A stretch of DNA of 61,330 nt, counting the filler, from Chiloscyllium plagiosum (Eukaryota), in the NCBI RefSeq assembly GCF_004010195.1. It is 3 parts of one record of this genome, joined end to end, with 100 filler letters (N's around TTAATTAATTAA, not from the genome) between each part and the next. Parts side by side here need not be neighbours in the genome. Positions count along the whole stretch, not along the records: positions 1 to 19,442 come from NC_057713.1; positions 19,543 to 49,138 come from NC_057713.1; 1 more part is not named here. The stretch is one strand, 5' to 3'. Shown piece after piece: positions 12,991-26,084 of the stretch. The notes beneath the pieces are model-generated. The model was not told the DNA's origin. It did not search any database and worked only from the letters and a program-made list of their open reading frames with translations. Each line of letters opens with the position of its first letter. The stretch's first letter is position 1. A program made the translations under genes and the position numbers.

Positions 12991-14528
12991 AAGCAAGACA
13001 TCTTGGTTACAAACGTTCAGCATATAATAATGATTTGTTGTCTGCATTGCCATTTTGGAATTCAATGCTCCAGTTAATGATGTCTGTTTAAAACACATTC
13101 AGCAAAAGGAAGGACACCACCATTGCTACACAAAAAGATTGTCAGTTACTTTAAGATTACTGTTTAATGTCTTATGGCTGTTGCTGCAGTTATAGAAGTG
13201 TTTAGCATTTTCTAAAGTTCTGTAAAATTGTTAAAGTGGTAAGGCACATGATACAGAACTCGATCCTGACATCAAGAAATCTGCCAAACCATATTGTGCA
13301 TTCTTGCTGGATTACATGATAGGGAGAAAGAGCAGAGGCAGCACATCGCAGGACCATCTGCTGAAAGAGGGAGAAAGGGTAGAAGGGCTCTCAGCAGGAG
13401 ACCATATCCAGAAACACTCTACAAGGAGCAGATCTGAGCCTCAGTGAGGAACATTAGACAGAAATTTTAATCAGATAGAAACATCCAAGGTGGGATGGCT
13501 TAAGAACACTATACCAACGTCCTAGCATGTTCCCCTCTCTGCTCTACATGGTAGGGACAATTTTGACTGGTGGATAGCCTACTAAGCCAATTAAAATGCG
13601 AAGTCTGACCAATGTTGTGAGACTGACTGGAAATTTCCATTCAGCCAGCAGCCCCATGCCCAGCTAAAGCTGAGTGATCGCTGTGGACATCTTAATTGTT
13701 AGTAGTGAGCGCATGGTAGTGGAAGGGGGGAGTGTTTTAACACAGCTGACCACAGACTTTCCAGTTCCCTCTTCACTCTAGCATTTGGCAACTGTGGCCA
13801 GTTTTCATTTAACCTGTTGTAAAATTCATTACATCTTCATCATAAGGAATTAATAAAAGAGAGAAGTTGCAGTTCCAGACTGTGAAATTAAGTGAGGAAA
13901 TTTTAAAGGGTTATAATTATAAGGTTTGTTCTCTTTCTCAAATCTAATCAATTAGTATTTAAGTACAATTTGCTAATTATGTTAAGTTTATTTCAACCTT
14001 AGGAATAACAAGCTCAATTAGTTAATTCAGCAATTAGTTGGAATTACTTTAGCTAGCAGTGCCTCCTAGTTTTGCAGAATTTCAACTGATATACATACAT
14101 GTGTCTTGTTCAGTGTACCAAGTAAGCAAACTGAGGTAGAAACTAATGAGTAAGTGCAATTCAGGACAGAGAGCAGCATTTTCCGGGCCTGCCCAGAGTT
14201 AACAGAAAGATAGGCGGGGAACATAAATAACAATTGGATCGCAGGCAAAAATTGAGTTTCCCAATGGCAGGTTAATGTTTTGCAATCAAGTTCTCAGAAC
14301 TTTTCAGGCTGGCTGGGTTTCACAACTTTCATCATCAGGAGTCTATTTTGCACTCATTAACAATGATGAGTACTTATTAATATCCGGCTTGCTGTAATTA
14401 TGTTTGCTTGCACAATTTTGATAAATAGAAGTTCACAAACTGAACTGTATATACAAGATGTGTACCTGGTTTCCTCCAAGCTCTGGTGAGTACCAATTTC
14501 CTCCGTTACTTGGCTCCTTCAGATGCCG

Positions 14529-15877
14529 AGGAGAAAGTGAGGTCTGCAGATGCTGGAGATCAAAGTTGAAACTTTATTGCTGGAACAGCACAGCAGGTCA
14601 GGCAGCATCCAGGGAACAGGAGATTCGACGTTTCGGGCACAGGCCCTTCTTCAGGAATGAGCAGAGAGTGTTCAGCAGGAGAAGATAAAATGAAGAAACT
14701 GGTGAAGTCCAAGTTCATCCCCTGCGGTTGGAGGGTTCCCAGTCGGAAGATAAGATGCTCCTCCTCCGACCGTCGGGTTGTTGTGGTTTGGCGGTGGATG
14801 AGTCCAATGACCTGCATATCCTCGGTGGAGTGGGAGGGGGAGTTGAAATGCTGTGCCACAGGTTGGTTGGGTTGGTTCGTCCGGGTGGCCCAGAGGTGCT
14901 CTCTGAATCGCTCCGCAAGTAGGCGGCCTGTCTCCCCAATATAGAGGAGGCCACACCGGCTGCAGCGGATGCAGTAGATGATGTGGGTGGAGGTGCAGGT
15001 GAATCTGTGGCGGATATGGAATTTTCCTTTGGGGCCTTGGAGAGAAGTGAGGGGGGAGGTGTGGGCGCAAGTGTTGCACCTCCTGCGGTTGCAAGGGAAG
15101 GTGCCGGGAGTGGAGGTTGGGTCGGTGGGGGGTGTGGATCTGACAAGGGAGTCGCGGAGGGAGTGGTCTCTACGGAAAGCTGATAGGGGAGTGGAGGGAA
15201 ATATATCCTTGGTGCTGGGGTCTGTTTGGAGGTGGCGGAAGTGACGGCGGATGATGCGCTGTACATGGAGATTGGTGTGGTGGTTGGTGAGGACCAGTGG
15301 GGTTCTGTCCTGGTGGCGGTTGGAGGGGCGGGGCTCAAGGGCGGAGGGGCGGGAAGTGGAGGAGATGCGGTGGAGGGCACCGTCGACCACGTCGGGGGGT
15401 AAATTGCGGTCCTTGAAGAAGGAGGCCATCTGTGTTGTACGTATTTTGAACTGGTCCTCCTGGGAGCAGATGCGGCGGAGACGAAGGAATTGGGAGAATG
15501 GGATGGCGTTTTTACAGGGGGCAGGATGGGAGGAGGTGTAGTCTAGGTAGCTGTGGGAGTCGGTTGGTTTGTAGTAGATGTCCGTGTTGATTCGGTCGCC
15601 TGAGATAGAAACAGAAAGGTCTAGGAAGGGGAGGGAGGAGTCCGAGACTGTCCAGGTGAATTTGAGGTTGGGGTGGAAGGTGTTAGTGTAGTGGATGAAC
15701 TGTTCAACCTCCTCGTGGGAGCACGAGGTAGCGCCGATACAGTCATCAATGTAGCGAAGGAAAAGATGGGGGGTGGGGCCAGTGTAGTTGCGGAAGATGG
15801 ATTGTTCCACATACACTACGAAGAGGCAGGCTAGCTGGGGCCCATCCGGGTGCCCATGGCTACTCCTTTTGTTTGGA
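14529..15877 (-). mobile_element. Penelope-like element (Neptune-type): 5'-truncated RT, Cys-rich linker, GIY-YIG endonuclease and 3' terminus with hammerhead
   Basis: 445-aa ORF with RYIDD, LPFLDL, PCNRRRCNTCAH linker and IIYCIRCSRCGLLYIGETGRLLAERFREH. The AMGTRMGP motif is in a shifted frame at ~15860. Flanking ATGCCG at 14523-14528 and 15878-15883 is a possible TSD. Confidence 0.95.
14623..14658 (-). ncRNA. Minimal type I hammerhead ribozyme motif in the Penelope terminus
   Basis: AUUC-CUGAAGA-A-GGGC(CUGU)GCCC-GAAAC-GUC-GAAU: helix I AUUC/GAAU, helix II GGGC/GCCC, GUC cleavage triplet. Confidence 0.8.
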
Positions 15878-16484
15878 ATGCCGGCCACTTGTTGCACAAA
15901 ACTACGGTAGTGGTGAAGCCTTGATCAGCTCACATGCTATCTGGCTCCTTGTGGTTAAAGACTTCCGGTTGGGGATTAAGTCTCTCTGTGCCAATCAGCA
16001 CATAAGACATCTCATTTCTTGTAATTAAACATTTACAGTGTAAGGGGTGAAGTCTCTCCAAGTTTAACATCTGTTGAGAAGTGATTCATATGGTGTCCTA
16101 TTCTGAAGAAAGGTCACTGGACTGGAAATGCTAACTCTGTGTTCTTTCTACAGATACTGACAGACCTGCTGAGTTTTTCTCGCAATTTCTGTCCTTGTTT
16201 CTGATTTTCAGCACCCGCAGTTCTTTGTTTTTTTAATGCATTTGTGAGTTCACTGATGGCTCTTTTAAAAAAAAATACAGTTTGTCCAACTCATCATAGA
16301 TCCAGACAGCCAAGATGCTATTGATCTTTCATTGTGTGATTTAATGCCCATATCCATGAATTCAGATTCAAGACACACTGGTTGAGGAGAAGAAAAGGGC
16401 AAGACATAGGCTTCTTTAGAACTCTATTTATTGCACTTTAACTCTAAACATTACTATACATGATCAGCTGAGATTTACTACGGT

Positions 16485-16703
16485 CGAGAGTGTGGTGCTG
16501 GAAAAGCATAGCAGGTCAGGCAGCATCCGTGGAGCAGGAAAATTAACGTTTCGGGCAAAGGCGAGCTTCAACGTTCCTGATGGAGGGCTTTTTCCTGAAA
16601 CGTCGATTTTCCTGCTCCTTGGATACTACCTGACCTGCTGTGCTTTTCCAGCACCACACTCTCAATGCTAATCTCCAGCATCTGCAGTCCTCACTTTCGC
16701 CTG
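16485..16703. mobile_element. Palindromic Penelope-derived element, hammerhead cores mutated
   Basis: Same arms as 2598-2809; the core reads CTGATGGA...TGAAAC. Confidence 0.8.
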
Positions 16704-16707
16704 GATA

Positions 16708-16926
16708 CTAGAGTCATAGAGATGTACAGCATGGAAACAGACCCTTTCGTCCAACCCATCCATGCCGACCAGAAATTCCAACCCAATATAGTCCTACCTT
16801 CCAGCACCCGACCCATATTCCTCCAAACCCTTCCTATTCATATACCCATCCAAATGCCTCTTAAGTGTTGCAGTTGTACCAGCCTCCACCACATCCTCTG
16901 GCAGCTCATTCCATACACGTACCACT
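16708..16926 (-). mobile_element. CR1 (HER1-like) LINE 3' end
   Basis: Highly similar to 61148-61330 and 54686-54900; catagag tail units. Confidence 0.8.
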
Positions 16927-17524
16927 CCTTATATAACAACCATTCCCGTGCCGCCTCCTTCCCATGCCCATCCACCCCACCACTTGTCATAAATATTTAT
17001 TAACGTCTGTAGACATTCTCAAGAGATTAATCAGATTACATGTTTTCACAATATATACTCAACATCTTTTCCCAAATAGCTACCTCCCACACCCTACACA
17101 TCTTTGACTTGATTCATTTGTATTGATAAATGTATCAGGACAGTCCATGACAAGGATTAGAAAAACTTGAGGTTCTTTTTCTCTGCTGGCTGCCATTAGG
17201 TCAGAGATTTAGTCTATCTGGTATAGTAAGAACCAAGGGTTTAGCTGAAAGTATTGGTACTTAGATGAATAGGCTGGTTCAATGAAGTGACAGTGGTTGC
17301 AATGAATGGGACCTTAGTTTGTATCTTAAAGATAATGATTGGTACTGTCCAGACAGTTGACCTGACAGTGCTAGTACTCTGACAGTATGCAGGTCCTTTA
17401 TCCACACCTGTTGTCCATGTTCTACAGTAGGCAATGCCTGAGATGTGGTAATATTTATCATGGTTGCCAACTTACTATGGAGTTGGTGTTCCTTCTGGGA
17501 AGCAAGTTGAATTGTTTTCTTTTA

Positions 17525-17850
17525 TTATTTGGTCATGGAATGTGGGTGTCACTTACTAAGCTTGCATTTATTGTCCATCGCTATTTGTCCCTTGAACTAA
17601 CTGTCTCGTTAGGGCCATTTCAGAGGTCAGTTGAGTCAACCAAATTGTTGAAAATTTGGAGTAACATGTCGTCTTAGACCAGGTGAGGACGACAGATTTC
17701 CTTCCTTAAAATACATGATGACAACGGTTAGGCCAGTTTTTTTTTAAAGCTCCAGATTTTTATTGAATTCAAATTTCACCATCTGCCATGGTGGAATGTA
17801 ATCCATGTCCCAGGCCAATAGTCTGGATCTCTGGATTTCTAGTAAATGAT
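17525..17850 (-). mobile_element. Second tRNA-derived SINE family (other copies ~32470-32650 +, 32830-33140 +, 35210-35540 -, 41490-41860 -)
   Basis: Shared blocks aaatttcaccatctgccatggt, gatttccttcct and gcatttattg recur in all listed copies. Confidence 0.6.
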
Positions 17851-17854
17851 ATTT

Positions 17855-18400
17855 CTATTCTGCCATCACCTCTGTTATTTTTGACCCTTGGAAGCAGGTT
17901 GCTTGGTAATAATGGAAGTTGTTTTTAATCTGCACTCCCATCTGATGGGGATAGACCTGAGGAGAGCACAGTAGCATGAATAACAAGCAAAGCAATAAGA
18001 AAAATCTGGATTTCACCTCAGATTTTTCACTGTTTAAATTGCTTTTTGTGCATCTCCATTGGACTGACGCAAACTTAGTAACCTGTGGAAAGCCCATTTT
18101 CTTTGCAAATATTTTGACCATTCCATAACTAAACTGTGGGACATTGTTTGAAATAACATCTGGAATACCATGGGTGGTGAATATCTCCTGTAGGGTTCTC
18201 ACAACAATGCCATTGCTGTGGTCATTGATTACTACTCAAGATGGTTTGACGTTTAAAAAACTGATATCAACTTGGATGAGATAAATATCTCACATATGAA
18301 ATGGGGAATGCTCCAATAGGAGCAAGAAAGTTTTTAAGAATGAGATATTCCTGTCATTACCACTGTCTACAGCACGTGCATTACAATTAACAAGTTTCCC
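17855..18400 (-). mobile_element. Decayed Ty3/Gypsy integrase fragment
   Basis: LQEIFTTHGIPDVISNNVPQF matches the integrase core F--HG-P--I-SDNGPQF. Confidence 0.7.
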
Positions 18401-19182
18401 TCAATACTCAAGAGAGGCAGTGGCATAGTGGTAGGATCGAGAAACTTGCTAATATTCTGGGGGCCTGGACTCCAATGCAGCAATGGCAAATATGGACACT
18501 GGAAGTGTCCACTGATTTCCTATATATTGTCACAAAGCTGGTCCCTTTTTTTTTTAAATGCTCTTTCTTTTCTCAAGGATACTGTGTCCGTGTTTTTTTT
18601 CCAGAGGGGTAATAAAATGCTCCCGGTGCCAATTAGACTGGTTTGGTACAGAGATTAAAATGGTATTGAGAGGTTTTTTTGTTTATAAGACCATAAAACC
18701 ATAAGAAATAGGAGTGGATGTAAAGCCATTCGGCTCATCGAGTCCACTCCACCATTCAATCATGGCTGATGGGCATTTCGGCGCCACTTACCCACACTCT
18801 CCCCATATCCCTTAATTCCTTGTGACATCAAGAATTTATCAATCTCTGACTTGAAAACATTTAACGTCCCAACCTCCACTGCGCTCTGTGGCAATGAATT
18901 CCACAAGCCCACCACTCTGGCTGAAGAAATGTCTTCTTATTTCTGTTCTAAATTGACCCCCTCTAATTCTAAGGCTGTACCCACGGGTCCTAGTATCCCT
19001 GCCTGATGGAAACAAATTCCAAGCGTCCACACTTTCTAAGCTATGCATTATCTTGTAAGTTTCTATTAAATCTACCCTCAACCTTCTAAACTCTAATGAA
19101 TACAATCCCAGGATCCTCAGCCAATCATCATATGTTAGGCTTATCATTCCAGGGATCATCCGTGTGAATCTCCACTGGACAT

Positions 19183-19970
19183 TCACCTGCGACCCCCTGC
19201 GGCCGTTCCCCTCAAGAACAAGTATACCGTTTTGGATACTTGTGGGGGGGGATGACTTACCAGGGGTAAGTAACGGGGCCCAGGCCTCTGGCACTGAGCC
19301 TGTCCCCGTTACTCAGAAGGGAAGGGTGGAGAAGAGCAGAGCAATAGTAATTGGGGACTCGATAGTTCGGGGCACAGATAGGCGGTTTTGTGGGAACGAG
19401 AGAGACTCACGTTTGGTATGTTGCCTCCCAGGTGCAAAGGTANNNNNNNNNNNNNNNNNNNNNNNNNNNNNNNNNNNNNNNNNNNNTTAATTAATTAANN
19501 NNNNNNNNNNNNNNNNNNNNNNNNNNNNNNNNNNNNNNNNNNATGTTGCCTGGTGTGGAAGGAAGATCGTATGAGGAAAGATTGAGACACTTGGGGCTGT
19601 TTTCATTAGAGCAAAGAAGGTTTAGGGGTGACTTGATTGAGGTGTACAAGATGATTAGGGGGTTAGATAGGGTTGACAGTGTGAACCTTTTTCCACGTAT
19701 GGAGTCAGCTGTTACAAGGGGGCATAGCTTTAAATTAAGGGGGGGGGTAGGTATAGGACAGATGTTCGGGGTAGTTTCTTTACTCAGCGAGTCGTGAGTT
19801 CATGGAATGCCCTGCCAGTAGCAGTGGTGGACTCTCCCTCTTTATGGGCATTTAAGCGGGCATTGGATAGACATATGGAGGATAGTGGGCTAGTGTAGGT
19901 GAGGTGGGCTTGGATCGGCGCAACATCGAGGGCCGAAGGGCCTGTACTGCGCTGTATTCTTCTATGTTCT
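19183..19970 (+). mobile_element. Younger CR1 LINE with ORF1 SGNH/GDSL esterase, nested in the older CR1; middle lost in the gap
   Basis: AIVIGDSIVRGTD...VCCLPGAKV (esterase blocks I/II) before the gap; RT C-terminus and TTCTATG tail after it. ACAT flanks both ends and the host CR1 rejoins across it. Confidence 0.8.
19443..19542. other. Assembly gap (44 N + TTAATTAATTAA + 44 N)
   Basis: Artificial spacer, identical in design to 49139-49238. Confidence 0.98.
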
Positions 19971-21104
19971 ACATGCTCCAGTGCTAGTATGTCCTTCCTG
20001 AGGTATGGGGCCCAAAGCTGGACACAGTATTCCAAATGGGGCCTAACCAGAGCTTTATAAAGTCTCAGTAGCACATTGCTGCTTTTATATTCCAACCCTC
20101 TTGAGATAAATAACAACATTACATTTTCTTTTAACCACAGACTCAACCTGCAAGTCAGCCTTTAGAGAATCCTGGACTAGCACTCTCAGATCCCTTTGTA
20201 CTTTATGAATTTTCTTACCATTTAGAGAATAGTCTATGCCTGTATTTCCAAAGTGAAAGACCTTGCATGTGCTCACATTGAATTTCATTAACCATTTCCT
20301 GGATCACTCTCCTAAACTGTCTAGATCTTTTTGCAGCCTCTCCACCTCCTCAGAACTACCTGCCTGTCTGCTTAACTTCGTATCATCAGCGAACTTTGCC
20401 AGAATGCCCTCAGTCCCTTCATCCAGATCATTAAAATATAAAGTGAACAGCTGCGGCTCGAAAACTGAACCCAGCGAGACACCACTTATCACTAGCTGCC
20501 ATTCCAAAAAAGAACCTTTTATCCCAACTCTCTGCCTTCTGTCAGACAGCAAGTCCTCAATCATGCCAGTAGTCCACCTTGAACACCATGTGCCCTCACC
20601 TTACTCAGCAGCCTCCCGTGAGGAACCTTATCAAAGATGTTTTGGAAATCTAGGTAGATAACATCTACTGGGTTTTCCTGGTCTAACCTACTTGTTACCT
20701 CTTCAAAGAATATTAACAAGTTTGTCAGGCACGGCCTCCCCTTACTAAAGCCATGCTGACTTGTTCTAATCCAACCCTGCACTTGCAAGAATTTAGACAT
20801 CTCATCCTTAACAATGGATTCTTGAATTTTACCTACAACCAAGGTTAGGCTAATCGGCCTATAATTTTCCATCTTTTGTTTTGATCTTTTCTTGAACAAG
20901 GGGGTTACAACAGTGATTTTCCAATCATCTAGGACCTTCCCTGACTCCAGTGATTTTTGAAAGATTACAATCAACGCCTCCGTTATTTCCTCAGAACTCT
21001 AGGATGTAGCCCATCCGGGCCAGGAGATTTATCAATTTTTAGACCTTTTTACTTTTCTAGCACTTTCTCTTTTGTAATGGCTACCGTACTCAACTCTACT
21101 CTTT

Positions 21105-21270
21105 GAGGAGAAGGTGAGGTCTGCAGATGCTGGAGATCAGAGCTGAAAATGTGTTGCTGGAAAAGCGCAGCAGGTCAGGCAGCATCCAGGGAATAGGAGA
21201 ATCGACGTTTCGGGCATAAGCCCTTCCTGAAGAAGGGCTGCTGCCCTTTTCCAGGAACACATTTTCAGCT
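21105..21270. mobile_element. Penelope-derived fold-back insertion inside the CR1
   Basis: Same terminus as 14529-14655 and 37372; short inverted arm ttttccaggaacacattttcagctc. Confidence 0.8.
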
Positions 21271-22009
21271 CAACTCTCCTGAATTGTTGGGATATTACTC
21301 ATGACTGACACAAAGTATTTATTAAGTTCTTCAGCTAGTTTCTTATCTACCATCACTAGCCTCAGCATCAATTTGGAGCAGCCCAATTTCTACTGCCTCT
21401 CGTTTTTTTCTTAAGTATTGAAAGAAACTTTTACTATCATTTCTAATATTACTGGCTAGCTTACCTTCATATTTGATCCTATCCTTCCTTATCCTGTCTT
21501 TGTTATCCTGTATTTATTTTTGTAGTCTTCCCAATTTTCTGATTTCCCAGTGCTCTTGACCGCTTTATAGGCTCTGTCTTTTTCTATGATACATTTCCTG
21601 ACTTCCTTTGTCAACCATGGTGTCTAATCCTCCTCCACTCCCACCCTTTCTATTCTTTCTATTCTTTGGAATGAGCCTCTGTACTGTGTCCTCAATTACA
21701 CCCAGAAACTCCTGCCATTGTTGCTTTACTGTCTTCCCAGCCTGGCTCTGCTTTCAGACAATTTTCATCAGTTCCTCTCTCATGCCCCTTTAATTACCTT
21801 TATTTAACTGTGACACCATTACATCCAATTTTGCCTTCTTCTTTCAAATTGCAGACTGACCTCTACCATATTTTGATCACTGCCTCTTTAAGTGTTCCCT
21901 TACTTTAAGATCTTTTATAAAGTCTGGCTCATTACATGGCACTAAGTCCAGAATAGCCTGTTCCCTTGTCAGCTCCATCACAAGCTGTTTCAAAAAGCCA
22001 TCCTGTAAG

Positions 22010-22475
22010 TGACTTTTGAGATTTGTAGATCAGGCTGAGGGTCTGTATATGTTTGCTCGTTGAGCTGGAAGGTTTATTTTCAGATGTTTCGTCACCATAC
22101 GAGATCACATCTTCAGTGATCCTCCAGACGAAGCACTGCTGACGATTCCTGTTTTCTGTTTATATGTTTGGTGATGGCCGGTGATGTCATTTCCTGTGGT
22201 GATGTCATTTCCTGTTCTTTTTCTCAGGGGGTGGTAAATGGGGTCCAAGTCAATGTGTTAGTTTCTATCAACAAACACATTGACTTGGATCCCATTTTAC
22301 CACCCCCTGAGAAAAAGAATAGGAAATGACATCACCGACCATTACCAAACATATAAACAGAAAGCAGGAATCATCAGCAGTGCTTCATCTGGAGGCTCAC
22401 TAAAGATGTTACCTGGTATGGTGACAAAATGTCTGAAAATGAACCTTCCAATTCAGCGAGCAAACTTACATCCAG
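22010..22475. mobile_element. Palindromic element of a second Penelope-derived family, 15-bp TSD, hammerhead-like core at 22083-22116 (-)
   Basis: Inverted arms ~22040-22250 and 22280-22475; flanks aagccat[c/t]ctgtaag at 21995-22009 and 22476-22490; core CUGAAGA...GGUGAC-GAAAC-AUC. Confidence 0.8.
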
Positions 22476-25400
22476 AAGCCATTCTGTAAGCATTCCATGA
22501 ATTCCCTTTCTTTGGATTCATCAACATTATTCACCCAGTCCATTTGCATATTGAAGTCCCCCATGATCACTGTGACCGTGCCTTTCTGACATGCCCTATT
22601 TCCTGGTACATCTTGCACCCCTGGTCCTGACCACTGTTAGGAGCTCTGTACATAACTCCCATTATGATTTTTTTTTTACCTTTGCGGTTCCTCAACTCCA
22701 CCCACACAGACTTCACATCATCTGATCCTATGTCATTCAGGGCCACAGATTTAATTTCATTCTTAACAAGGCAACTCCAACCCCTATGCCCACCTCCCTG
22801 TCTTTTCAATAAGTTGTAAATCCTTGGCTGTTTAACTGCCAGTCCTGAACCCCCTGCAACCACGAATCTGTGATGCCTACCACGTCATAATCATTCATGA
22901 TAATTTGTGCCATTAATTCATCTACTTTGCAACAAATACTACGAGTATTCAGGTAAAACACCTTCATGCTAATTTTCTTATCCTCATGATATCCATTACC
23001 TCTGACTATATATCCTAAGCCTTCCTTTTTGCTTCATTCCTAGACTGCCTCAAACTTAAACCCTACGCACATGCCAATGTGTTGCCTATCTTTCTATTTG
23101 ACTCCATACTCGCTGTTGCTTTGCCTTTCCCTTCCCCTTGACTCACAAGTTTAAAGTCCTAGTGACCACCTTATTTATCTTTTTTGCCAGAACACTGGTT
23201 CAGATAGGTTCAGGTGGAGACCGTCCTATCAGTACAGATTGCCCCGGTTCCAAAACTGATGCCAATGTCCCATGAAATGGAATCCCTTTTTCCCACACCA
23301 ATCTCTTGGCCACATGTTTACTTCCCTACTTTTCTTATCCCTATGCCAATTAACATATGGCGTGGGCAGTAATCTAGAGATTATGACCCTCAAGGACCTG
23401 TTCTTCAATTTCCTTCCTCGTGCTTGATACTCCTCAAACAGGTCCTCCTTCCCTTGCCTATGTTGTTTGTGCCAACATATGTAAACAGATGCGACCTCAG
23501 ACCAAAGTGGTTATGTTTTAGAAGTCATCTGTATAATAAAAGGGGACTGGTTTGCTCTCTAGCAGTTCAGTTCAATCCAGAACTAGTTGGGAGTTCACCA
23601 GTGAGCTCTATGAAAACAGGCTCTCTCTCTCCTTCTGCCCTTCTAATTTCAACCTGTAAGCATTTGTTCCATTTATACTGTTTTTCAAGAGGGTTTGCTT
23701 ATTGGGACTGTTTTGTATATTCAGGACAACATAATTAAGTCTAGTTTGGATACACTGAGTTCTGTAGGGTTTCTTTATTCTGTTCTTTGTGTTTCATTGT
23801 GTAATCTTGTGAATAAGTTTTTGTCTGTTTTAAAACCTGTTGGTCAACCTAGCCACCTAAAGGTAACCTTAGTGAGAAAGTATTGCGAACACGTGGAAGA
23901 GCAGAGAGTTAAAATGGCAAGTTTAGCAGCTGAAGCGGCTGATATATCATGAGTTGGTCCATAAAACACTGGCTTCCAGAATCAATTGCAGTCCATGAGT
24001 GATAGTAACTGGGACAAAGAGAAATCCTCACGTGGAAAGGGAAAAGTAGGTCTCAATGAAGATCATATGGGTAACTTACCACAGGATAAAAAAAACCCTT
24101 GAGGGGTACAAAGAAGTTACAGTGTTTTCATTGTAATAAAGTGGGCCACACAAATTACAGTGTTGGGCTAGGAGAAAGCCAGAGAGAACCTGACAAGCCT
24201 AGGTGTTTTGGTGGTTTAGTAACAAAAAGCACAAGGGAAGTTAGACAATTGCCTCAGAATATTCAAGATGATCAGAGGTTGATTAAGGAGGAAGTGCCAG
24301 ATCTGCTTAAAAAATATGCATGCAAGGGTAAAGTTTATTCACATAGACCAGGAGTAGCAGGTAAAGAGGTCACAGTATTAAGGGACACAGAATCTTCTAA
24401 GTCTGTAATGCTGAAGAATGAGGAGATACATACTCTTGAGAATCTATTGCCAGAAAAGGTACTGGTAACAAGAATTCATGGTGAGACAAAAAGTGCTCAA
24501 ATATGTAAAGTGATGCTTATAGAGTCCAGAGAAGAGTGGAAAATGTGTGGTAGGAGTACTGGACAAACTCTCAGCTCCAGGAAAAAAATTGTCCTTGCAA
24601 ATGATATAGCTGATTCACTGGTAGGCATGCTGCCTACTCTAGTTGAAAGCCAGTGGAGACACAGGCAACTGAAGAAGTGGAGGATGTTTATCCAGGAATT
24701 TTCCCAGATTGTGTGATCACAAGATCACAGAGGCACAAGTTGAAGCAGGAGAGTTCAAAAGATAAGGAAGCTGACATGGCTTTATCCAAGATTTTTTAAA
24801 AAATCAGATAAGGGGGCAGAGAAGGAGCAAATAGGTAAACATACATGTATCAATCAGCTCTGCTAAGCTGATTGAATTACAGCAGAAAGATGAGAACTTA
24901 AAACAGTTGTATCAAAAGATATTGACAGAGAGTGAATGCATCCCTGTGTGTTATTACTTAACAAATGATGTCTTAATGAGAAAAAGGATACCATCACACA
25001 TTCAAGCAGATGAGAAATGGGCAGAGATTCATCAAATTGTATTGCCAGTAGGGCATAGAAAAGAGCTGCTGTGAGTGGCGCATGAGCTAGCACCTGGAGG
25101 TCATTTTAAGGGTGTGGAAAACACAGGCTAAAATATAAAGACACTTTTACTGGCCTGGACTACACAAGGATATAGTTGAATTTTGCCAAACATGTCATCT
25201 AATCAGAAAACCACAGGCAGTAATAAAACATGCACCTTTAATACCAATTCCAGCATTTGAGGAACCTTTCACAAGAGTCTTTATTGATTGCATAGGTCCC
25301 CTACTTCAAACAAAAAGTGGAAATAAGTATTTATTCATAATAATAGATATGTCAACTAGATTTCCAGAGGCAACACCATTATGCAACATTACACCTAAAA

Positions 25401-26084
25401 GGGTAGTAGAAGAATTACTTATTTTTTTTTACTAGATAGGACTACCACCAGAGATCCAGTCAGATCAAGGATCTAACTTCACATCCAAGGAGGTTATGTG
25501 AATTAGCCACCCCGGATTACACGAAGCCTTTCAAGGTGGCTTTTGATACCAGTGATGTGGGTGTCAGTACAGTGCAGTGCTCCTACAGAAGGATGACGAG
25601 GGAATAGAAAGACCCATCGGGTATTTTTGCAAGCAGTTGAACATTCATCAACAAAAATATTCAACGGTGGAGAAAGAGACTTTGAGCTTGGTGTTAGCAT
25701 TACTACATTTCAGTGTTTATATTACCAGCAATGCATCGGAGACAATCCTATTACACTGATCATAACCCATTGACATTTGTGGAAAAGTTTAAGGACAAAA
25801 ATGCCAGACTGTTTAGATGAAGCTTGTTGTTGTAGCCATTCAATTTGACAATTGTACATGTGGCAAATCGTGAAAACGTGGTTACCAAAGTGTTATCAAG
25901 ATTTGAATGAGATATGGAGGAATTTGGTGGCAGGTGTGCCATGGCCTGAATATGCATGTGGTTATGCATGTTTATAATTACCATAGTATATATGTGTGTT
26001 TATACTACTAACCAGGTTTTGAAGGGTTTTAATAATGAAGCCATCTTTTGGTATTGATGGTTCTTTTTTTCTTAAGGGGGAATT

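Larger units (their letters stand above)
18688..23477 (-). mobile_element. CR1 LINE (APE + RT, decayed) inserted into the 5' LTR
   Basis: ORF-track fragments NYRPISLT, YLDFQ, KFADDTKL and LYKALVRPHLEYC; APE-like region near 22570-22870; (CTTATGGT)-type tail at 18688. Confidence 0.9.

Noticed and set aside
14657..15812. Several overlapping 60-221 aa ORFs on both strands
   Set aside because: Shadow frames of the GC-rich Penelope ORF, with low-complexity translations.
19487..19498. TTAATTAATTAA palindrome inside N runs (also 49183-49194)
   Set aside because: The identical 44N-12-44N design at both gaps marks a scaffolding spacer, not biology.
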